From Candidatus Poribacteria bacterium (GTDB lineage: Bacteria > Poribacteria > WGA-4E > WGA-3G), in the NCBI GenBank assembly GCA_965116815.1, contig OZ220722.1:2293941-2357940 (forward strand): a stretch of DNA of 64,000 nt, in the 5' to 3' direction. Of this stretch, positions 57,158 through 64,000 are shown in pieces (the stretch's first letter is position 1; each line of letters starts with the position of its first letter). The notes beneath the pieces are model-generated. The model was not told where the DNA came from and did not search any database. It saw only the letters and a list, made by a program, of their open reading frames with translations. The translations under genes were made by a program, and so were the position numbers.

Positions 57158-58198
57158 ATGGCAGTTTCAACAATTGAGTGGGCGGATGGCAGAATTCGGA
57201 TGATCGACCAGACGCTGTTGCCCAACGAATTCAAGCAAATTTATTGCGACGATCTCTCATCAACTTGGGAAGCAATTAAATCGCTACGTGTGCGCGGTGC
57301 ACCCGCAATCGGCATCGCTGGTGCCTTGGGCGCGGTGCTCGGAATATGGGATTCCACAGCGGAAACATACGATGATTTCGCCGCTGAACTCAAGTCCGCT
57401 ACCGATTATCTGGCAACGTCGCGACCAACAGCCGTTAATTTATTTTGGGCACTTGATAGAATGACGCAGACAGCGGAAAAGAACAGTCATCTTCAGATTC
57501 CCGAACTCAAAGAGGTGCTACTTGCTGAGGCTCTGGAGATTATTGATGAAGACAAAGCGATGTGTCGTGCTATCGGGCAGCACGGCATGGCATTGCTGAA
57601 TGAAAACGATACTATTTTGACGCATTGCAACGCGGGTGGGTTAGCTACCTCCGACTACGGCACAGCATTAGCCGTTATGTTCAGTGCACATGAAGCCGGT
57701 AAAAAAATTCAAGTTTATGCGGATGAGACGCGTCCGCTGTTGCAAGGCGCACGTCTCACCACTTGGGAACTTATGCAAGCAGGCATTGATGTAACCCTTA
57801 TCTGTGATAACATGGCGGCACAGGTCATGAAAGAGGGTAAGATCCAATGCGTTATTGTCGGAGCCGACCGGATTGCGGCAAACGGTGACACCGCGAATAA
57901 GATCGGCACCTATAACGTTGCTATCCTTGCAGAGGCGCACGGTATCCCTTTTTATGTCGCCGCACCGACTTCAACATTGGATTTCGCTCTTGAAACGGGA
58001 GCAGAGATTCCTATTGAGCAGCGAGCAGCGGAAGAGGTAACAGAGGGCTTCGGAAAGCTGACAGCACCTGAAGGCGTGAAGGTCTATAGTCCCGCATTTG
58101 ATGTTACACCTGCGGCGTTCGTCACGGCAATTATTACGGAAAAAGGTGTCGCGCACGCGCCTTATACAGATAGCCTGAAGGCTTTACGGGACGCATAG
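57158..58198 (+). CDS. mtnA: S-methyl-5-thioribose-1-phosphate isomerase (eIF-2B alpha/beta/delta family)
   Basis: Full-length MtnA-like (W.DG.IRMIDQTLLP, GAPAIGIAGA, C..ADRIAANGDTANKIGTY). Confidence 0.85.
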   Translation: MAVSTIEWADGRIRMIDQTLLPNEFKQIYCDDLSSTWEAIKSLRVRGAPAIGIAGALGAVLGIWDSTAETYDDFAAELKSATDYLATSRPTAVNLFWALDRMTQTAEKNSHLQIPELKEVLLAEALEIIDEDKAMCRAIGQHGMALLNENDTILTHCNAGGLATSDYGTALAVMFSAHEAGKKIQVYADETRPLLQGARLTTWELMQAGIDVTLICDNMAAQVMKEGKIQCVIVGADRIAANGDTANKIGTYNVAILAEAHGIPFYVAAPTSTLDFALETGAEIPIEQRAAEEVTEGFGKLTAPEGVKVYSPAFDVTPAAFVTAIITEKGVAHAPYTDSLKALRDA

Positions 58199-58199
58199 G

Positions 58200-59489
58200 T
58201 TACGCCGCTTTCGCAATGTTTGAGCGAGTGCCGCTTATATCGAAGCAGTCGTACTGATTTGTATTCATAATCCGGGTTGCAAACGCCATCGCCTGTTTTT
58301 CGGTGAGGTAACCGTCCGCGATTTCAGCCTCAAGCGCGCGTCGAATTTCGTTTCGGGCTTGAATCGCATAAGCCATCGCGCTGGTCGGCCATCCTGTATC
58401 ACCACCGAAGGCGAACAGTTTATTTGATGGCACCGCATGGATACATCGGCGGAGGAAATCACGCGAGCTATACGGATCAATGCTCCACGCCCAGCAGAAG
58501 TCAACCCAGATGTTACGATAATGTTTCGCAAGCGCGACCAATTCATCGTTGTAAGGGTAGGCGATATGCATCAAGACGAACTTCGCGTCAAGATAACGAG
58601 TGAACAGGGCACACATATTGCCAGCGGGGATACGTCGCACCGGCATTCGGTTGTTACCCGCATAGTAGCCAGTGTGAATTTTAAAGGGGAGGTTGTGTTC
58701 AATCGTGAGTTCAACACCTCTCGCCCAGCACCAATCGCCGAGACAGAGTCGTGTTGCTTCATCAATATCTGAAGCGGGTTTTGTAAGTACAGCGTTAAGG
58801 GCAGTAGAAGCCTCTGCCTCGCCCCTTTCGATCCAGTTGAGCGTACGATTGTAAGCGTGCTGCGATTTTACGGCAATAGCGCACGGAGCGTGCTTGGCGA
58901 AAATCGCTTCCATCCCTTGTTTAAGGGAAGCGAGGTCGTTGACTTCAACGCCTGTTTCGGCGTGAATAGCACTTGGGTCAACCTGTCCGTTACAGAATGT
59001 TGCCCACGAAAGATCATAGAGGAAAAAATCGGGACCGGATGTGTCAGGTGTGCACTGCCAACTGAAGTCATCCGTTTGAATGTGGTCAAGATTCGCGATG
59101 TCGTGTAAAATGTGATAACGTTTGCCGGGCGTGCGAAGCGTCTTTAGGTTATCGGCACCGGCAAGCCCATCGCCTGTCAGTTCGTCGAGTCCATAGATGT
59201 GCTTCGCGATGAGGCTGACTGCTTCGCCATATCCGGTAAACTGTGTTGCTTCCCATGCGTCTCGGATACCTTCAAATCGTGATGCGATGTCTTGGGACGC
59301 ATCCATCAGGTTACCCATTGCTTCTGGGGAGGCACCTGCTGTTACCAGGTCGGCTGGAACATAGTTTCCAAATAGGTCTTGGAGGATATCGGGACCATTT
59401 TCCACCCATTCGGTTTCGCGCTTCATGTGTTCGTGTGTATCAACAAGTCGGATGGATTGGATGTGATGTGTCAAATCGGTGGTTGCCAT
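58200..59489 (-). CDS. amidohydrolase-2 family (TIM-barrel metal-dependent hydrolase) protein
   Basis: N-terminal VDTHEH metal-binding motif. 429 aa. Convergent with mtnA with a 1-nt gap. Confidence 0.5.
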   Translation of the reverse strand: MATTDLTHHIQSIRLVDTHEHMKRETEWVENGPDILQDLFGNYVPADLVTAGASPEAMGNLMDASQDIASRFEGIRDAWEATQFTGYGEAVSLIAKHIYGLDELTGDGLAGADNLKTLRTPGKRYHILHDIANLDHIQTDDFSWQCTPDTSGPDFFLYDLSWATFCNGQVDPSAIHAETGVEVNDLASLKQGMEAIFAKHAPCAIAVKSQHAYNRTLNWIERGEAEASTALNAVLTKPASDIDEATRLCLGDWCWARGVELTIEHNLPFKIHTGYYAGNNRMPVRRIPAGNMCALFTRYLDAKFVLMHIAYPYNDELVALAKHYRNIWVDFCWAWSIDPYSSRDFLRRCIHAVPSNKLFAFGGDTGWPTSAMAYAIQARNEIRRALEAEIADGYLTEKQAMAFATRIMNTNQYDCFDISGTRSNIAKAA

Positions 59490-59920
59490 ACTAAAGTCTC
59501 CTTTAAAACTGAAACCGGCGTGTCTGTCGTCTCGTACTTGACAAATGTGTTGGATTATGATTTAATATATAGTGTCTTGGCAATTTGCCTCTCTTTTCAG
59601 TCTTATAGGGCGGTGTTTGCTGTAAAGCAAGATGAGATTTGTTCTATTATAAAAGAGTTAGGGTATTGTGTCAAGAAAAACCTTTCATTCATTTTGCAGG
59701 GCTATTAAGTGTATGGCTTTTTGCTGCTTTTATAATGAGGCGTTGTGATCCAACCGTTGCTCGGATGCATTGAAGTGTGCGAGGTTACAACAGTTGAACG
59801 ACTCTGACAGATTTGGGGACTCGCTCACAGGCTCCCCTTGTGAAAAAAGGAATGCTCGCGCAGGAACGCGAATGGTTAACGTCACCCGTCTGAAAAGGGA
59901 CAAGACCACAGGAGCATATA

Positions 59921-60871
59921 ATGCCTACAGGACGGATTAAGTATTACAATTTCGATAAAGGCTTCGGGTTTATCGCGCAAGATAGTAGTGACGCTGATGT
60001 CTTTTTACACAGCTCCGCTATTAAGCAGCCTGAATATGAAGAACTTCGTGTCGGGCAGCGCGTAAAATACAACATTATTGAAGGCGAGAAGGGACTCGTT
60101 GCCCAAAATGTCGAAGTATTATTGACACCGACGGAACGCCGATGGCTGCGGCAGGGAAAAGCAATTATTCCACGGGGTTATGCTGGCTTCCCTGCTCAGA
60201 ATCAGGGACAATTTCCCAGTGATGAGGCAATAACCGACACGAATCGCGAAAACGATAAATCAAGATCCGTTCGGAATCGCCGAGACCGGAATACACCCGT
60301 ATCACCTTCTGGGTCCAAAACAGAGCCTCAACACACCTCACCGAGAGATGCTGACGATTCCACAGCACAAGCACGAGAGGAACAAGCGCCGTCTTCAAAG
60401 CAACTCAGCTTTGGTGACCTTTATATTCTCAAGCAGATTAATTTTGAAACGTCTATGTTTTTCGCGTTGTATAACCACGTGCAGTTGCCTGCTACCGTCC
60501 TTGAAATGACGCTCTCTACTTTGACGCTCAACAGCAATGGAAAGAAACAGCACGTCGCGAAAACAGATGTTAAATACTGCTATAAAGATGTTGATGCGGA
60601 AAGGGTTCAGGCTTCTGTTGCTATTGATGACGCTGTGAAAGCACAGCAATTGACGCAACTCGCGCCTGACGCACAGGCACCTGAGATTGATACGGAAGCC
60701 GTTCAACACGCCCGAAAAAATGGTACCCCGATTCAGGTTAACCTTCGCGAAGGTGAAATTTTTCGCGGGACTATAGATTGGGTCAGTCCGTATGAGATTA
60801 AGCTCATTTTAGAGAACGGCGCAAAGGTCGTTATCTTTCGGCATGCTATCCACAGTTTTTCCGTAGGTTAG
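59921..60871 (+). CDS. cold-shock-domain protein with a ~250-aa C-terminal extension
   Basis: N-terminal GRIKYYNFDKGFGFIAQD...VFLH (RNP1/RNP2 of CspA), followed by a basic/Ser-rich linker and a C-terminal beta-rich domain. Confidence 0.7.
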   Translation: MPTGRIKYYNFDKGFGFIAQDSSDADVFLHSSAIKQPEYEELRVGQRVKYNIIEGEKGLVAQNVEVLLTPTERRWLRQGKAIIPRGYAGFPAQNQGQFPSDEAITDTNRENDKSRSVRNRRDRNTPVSPSGSKTEPQHTSPRDADDSTAQAREEQAPSSKQLSFGDLYILKQINFETSMFFALYNHVQLPATVLEMTLSTLTLNSNGKKQHVAKTDVKYCYKDVDAERVQASVAIDDAVKAQQLTQLAPDAQAPEIDTEAVQHARKNGTPIQVNLREGEIFRGTIDWVSPYEIKLILENGAKVVIFRHAIHSFSVG

Positions 60872-60879
60872 GTGCTGCT

Positions 60880-61449
60880 ATGAAAGCATATTACGAACTC
60901 GTTGATGAAATTCAACGCGATGTTGAACGCTTGCGCGAGGAGTCTGGAGGCGTGCCGTGCCCTTCTGACTGCTTTTCCTGCTGCCGAAACACCTCAACAA
61001 TGGCGATAAGTGAGGTTGAAGCTCGTGATCTGAAGGTAGGGTTGGAAGCCCTTCCTGCCGAACTCCGCACACATATTCACCAGAAGGCGGAACGGAGCAT
61101 CAAAAAATTAAAAGCGCACGGCTACAATGTTGAAAACATAATGCCGGATGCTGGCATGAAAGCGATTGAAGTGGTAAAAGGCACCCCTGAAGGCGAATGC
61201 CCTATGCTCATCGGTGGTGTCTGCTCCGTTTATGAACACCGTCCGGTCATCTGCCGCGTCTGGGGTTACCCAATTCAAAACAGCAATGAGTTAGCCTGTT
61301 GCCACAAAACCTTCATCGGAAAACGCCGCCAATTCCGCCCGCTCAACTATACGCGCTATTGGAGAGTATGTCAGGATCTTAGTAAGGAACTGGGGGCTAC
61401 CGAAAAAACGCCAAACTGCTATCTCGTCGCGCAACTGCTCTCGGAATAA
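60880..61449 (+). CDS. YkgJ-family cysteine-cluster (CxxCxxCC) protein
   Basis: CPSDCFSCC...C and CSVYEHRPVICR motifs of the UPF0153 family. Confidence 0.7.
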   Translation: MKAYYELVDEIQRDVERLREESGGVPCPSDCFSCCRNTSTMAISEVEARDLKVGLEALPAELRTHIHQKAERSIKKLKAHGYNVENIMPDAGMKAIEVVKGTPEGECPMLIGGVCSVYEHRPVICRVWGYPIQNSNELACCHKTFIGKRRQFRPLNYTRYWRVCQDLSKELGATEKTPNCYLVAQLLSE

Positions 61450-61507
61450 AGTCCGATACATCTGCCACGTTTTTCGGACCTCACCTATTCGGACCCATGG
61501 AAACACC

Positions 61508-62521
61508 ATGAAAAATAGATTGATCCTTTCCTGCTTTTTTTATTTTGCATCTGTCCTCAGTCTTCTGCTCTGCTTCGGTTGTGGAGACACCGAGGACGAG
61601 CAGGAAGTCATCAACCCTACCAACAATACGTTCCTCGACGCACCTGATGAACAACCCCTACGACCTGCTGAACAACTGCCACAGTTGACAGCCGAAGACC
61701 GGGAAAAGTTAGAAGAGGCTAAACAATGGCTACACTTGACAGCCGAAGCCTGGAGAAAGTTAGAAGCCGAAGATTGGGAAAAGTTAAAAGGCGAAGATTG
61801 GGTCAGGTTGACAGACGCGGAAGTTAAAGAACTCATGAACCTTGAGGTTCCGAAAGACTGGGCGCTTGAGGCGGCAGACCCAGCACTACGCGAAAAACAT
61901 CGCGAAGCTGCGCTCTTCCAGCAGTTCGGAGACATTCCACAGGTTCGCTATAAGGTAGAGTTTGATCGACATTATTTGAAAAAGCGAGGTTTCACTATAA
62001 CTGAAACACCTGAAATTGCTAAGCAATTCGTTGGGTATTACGCAGCACACTACTTTCTTTTTCCGACTGAAGACCATAAGCGTTTGCTTGAAGACGCAAT
62101 AAATCAGTTAAAAGCTGTAATAGAACGTGGAGAACGCAGTCTCGAAATAGAGGAACTTCGCCGCTTAGATCAACTCAGAATAGAAGACCCCGAAGCTTGG
62201 GTAAAAAGCATGCGTGCCTTTTTTATTGAAAAATATGGCAACACGCCGGGAGCTAACACGATTATCGAATTTTTGAGAAAATTGGAACTGGATTTACCAA
62301 GAGCAGACCAGGAATGCCGTTCCTATCTTACGGCATACAATGCGCTCTATACTGCCTTTAAAATCCGCTCAACCTATGAATACGAATATTATGCTATGTT
62401 TGAAGCATCGGACCAGCTCCGGCCTATTGTAGCGGGGGTCCCGCTACGCATCCTCGAAAAATATCGAGAGGCGAGAGCAGAAGAGATCTCATTCTATGAT
62501 ATAGATTGGGACGGTGAGTAA
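61508..62521 (+). CDS. hypothetical lipoprotein with acidic EDWEKL-type repeats
   Basis: Lipobox LLLCFGCG. Repeats LTAEDREKLEE / EAWRKLEAEDWEKLKGEDWVRL. Confidence 0.4.
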   Translation: MKNRLILSCFFYFASVLSLLLCFGCGDTEDEQEVINPTNNTFLDAPDEQPLRPAEQLPQLTAEDREKLEEAKQWLHLTAEAWRKLEAEDWEKLKGEDWVRLTDAEVKELMNLEVPKDWALEAADPALREKHREAALFQQFGDIPQVRYKVEFDRHYLKKRGFTITETPEIAKQFVGYYAAHYFLFPTEDHKRLLEDAINQLKAVIERGERSLEIEELRRLDQLRIEDPEAWVKSMRAFFIEKYGNTPGANTIIEFLRKLELDLPRADQECRSYLTAYNALYTAFKIRSTYEYEYYAMFEASDQLRPIVAGVPLRILEKYREARAEEISFYDIDWDGE

Positions 62522-64000
62522 ATGCGAAGTTTTGAAACGCGCGGTCCTGTCTACCCTGAAGATAACTACATCGTTGCCCGGACTGATGAACTTTCGGATT
62601 TCATCGGTCGCCTCGAAAAGGGTCGATACGTCGTCCTCTTTGCCCCCCGGCAGACCGGCAAAACCACGTTCTTCCATCGCGCTTTAGAGACACTCCCCAC
62701 CGACGTATATTTCCCGATCCGGATCGATTTCCAAGCATCCAACAACCTTGAACCCGCCGTGTTTTACCAAGGTCTCTACGAAGATATTTGTGAGGAAATA
62801 GAGGCAGTCTTCCAAAAACGGGGCAGCACACCCGCTCCGGCTCTCACAGAATTTCTGGATAACACCCAAATTACGGATCATCTCTCCATGAGAAGATTCT
62901 TTCGACGCTTCTCAAACTTCCTTGAACACCATCATAATAGACAAAAAGTTGTGCTTATCATTGACGAATTTGACGGTATCCCACGAACCGTTCTCAGCGA
63001 TTTTCTGTATTCACTGCGCCATATCTACCTCTCTGGTCGGGCTCGATGTCCGCACAGCGTTGGTATCGTTGGGGTGAAGAGCATTGCGCAACTCAACTAC
63101 GATCGCTCTATTTCACCTTTTAATATCCAAGACGAATTCAAATTGCCGAATTTCACGCTTGCTCAGGTGCGCGAGCTCCTTTCCCAATACACAGACGAAG
63201 TTGGGCAGCCCTTTGATCCTGCGGTCATTGAATCTATCCACAAACAGACATCAGGGCAGCCTGTGCTTGTCAACCGGTTCGCACAGATTCTTACAGAAGA
63301 AATGGACATCCCGAAAAACGAACCAATCACAATAGAACACTTTTCAAAAGCACACACGCAGCTTCTGCGCGAACGGAACACACATACGGAGCATCTGGTA
63401 ACGAATATTCGTCGGGATCGGCGATTTGAGGCACTCCTGATGAAAATCGCTTCCTATGATGATGGTGTAGAATTCAACTTACACAATGACCTTATAAACG
63501 AACTTGCCACTTATGGCGTAATTGCTAAAGGTGATGATGGGATGTGCGAAATTATCAACCCAATTTATCACTACTGCACTATGCAAGCATTTAAACCTGC
63601 TGTCAATGGCTTAGAGCAAAACTATTTACCGGAAGACACGCGCTCTGGATTTCAGGATTATCTCACACCGGACGGAGATATTCAGATGGAGGCACTCCTT
63701 GATAACTTCCGGGACTTTATCGTACGCGCAGGTTTCAGGATTCTACAAGTACCAGAAACACCGCAAGAATACGTCGGTCAACATCTCCTTTTCGCCTATC
63801 TTGAGCAGTTTGTCCAGATCGTGGGCGGGATGATGTATCTGGAAATACAAACCGGACGCGGCAGGATGGACATCCTCATTCTCTATGATCAGAAAAAGTA
63901 TATCGTTGAGACCAAGATATGGAGCGGGGATATGCGTTATGAGGCAGGCAAGGCGCAACTCGCAACGTATGTTAAACTCGAAGCAGCTGAGGCAGGATAC
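62522..64000 (+). CDS. AAA-ATPase-like protein (predicted orphan AAA ATPase, likely with a C-terminal PD-(D/E)XK domain), partial, running off the window end
   Basis: Hand translation: MRSFETRGPVYPEDNYIVARTDE...VVLFAPRQTGKTTFFHRA (Walker A). The frame appears open as far as I translated it by hand. It is missing from the ORF track because no stop is reached. Confidence 0.55.
   Translation, partial: MRSFETRGPVYPEDNYIVARTDELSDFIGRLEKGRYVVLFAPRQTGKTTFFHRALETLPTDVYFPIRIDFQASNNLEPAVFYQGLYEDICEEIEAVFQKRGSTPAPALTEFLDNTQITDHLSMRRFFRRFSNFLEHHHNRQKVVLIIDEFDGIPRTVLSDFLYSLRHIYLSGRARCPHSVGIVGVKSIAQLNYDRSISPFNIQDEFKLPNFTLAQVRELLSQYTDEVGQPFDPAVIESIHKQTSGQPVLVNRFAQILTEEMDIPKNEPITIEHFSKAHTQLLRERNTHTEHLVTNIRRDRRFEALLMKIASYDDGVEFNLHNDLINELATYGVIAKGDDGMCEIINPIYHYCTMQAFKPAVNGLEQNYLPEDTRSGFQDYLTPDGDIQMEALLDNFRDFIVRAGFRILQVPETPQEYVGQHLLFAYLEQFVQIVGGMMYLEIQTGRGRMDILILYDQKKYIVETKIWSGDMRYEAGKAQLATYVKLEAAEAGY

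Overview
This 64 kb window looks like chromosomal DNA from an uncultivated bacterium (about 50% GC) that probably has a type IX secretion system, judging by one sorting domain; the phylum is unknown. Core metabolism and housekeeping genes are densely packed on both strands. I recognise glyA, folC, an H+-pyrophosphatase, ilvD, a crotonase/thiolase pair, tmk-holB-metG, Fe/Mn superoxide dismutase, ilvB-ilvN-ilvC, mtnA, a second TPP-dependent acetolactate-synthase-like enzyme and a cold-shock-domain protein. Several accessory patches and non-coding elements are interleaved with these. First, there is a palindromic MITE/REP-like intergenic repeat family with at least three copies plus a related tandem array; one copy splits ilvB from ilvN. 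Second, a conserved ~110-130 nt leader element sits in front of two unrelated genes. Third, a probable Leu-specific T-box leader with a terminator/antiterminator sits upstream of ilvBNC. Fourth, there is an IS3 transposase remnant next to an FRG-domain/TPR protein. Fifth, a tnpB-only IS200/IS605-family element carries direct-repeat ends. Sixth, a HicAB-like toxin-antitoxin pair lies next to an IS1595 transposase remnant and two overlapping unknown genes. The most interesting region to me is a minus-strand operon-like remnant at about 46.8-48.9 kb. It contains two tandem paralogous TIR-like genes of the COG4271 type, one with a novel N-terminal domain and an in-frame amber codon. These are followed by a 13-nt homopolymeric G/C tract and a truncated N6/N4 DNA methyltransferase (Mod-like) fragment. 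This may be a decayed or phase-variable defence module that has not been described before. Hand-derived coordinates for repeats and hairpins may be off by 1-2 nt. CDS ends are taken from the ORF track, with starts moved to the most plausible in-frame ATG/GTG.
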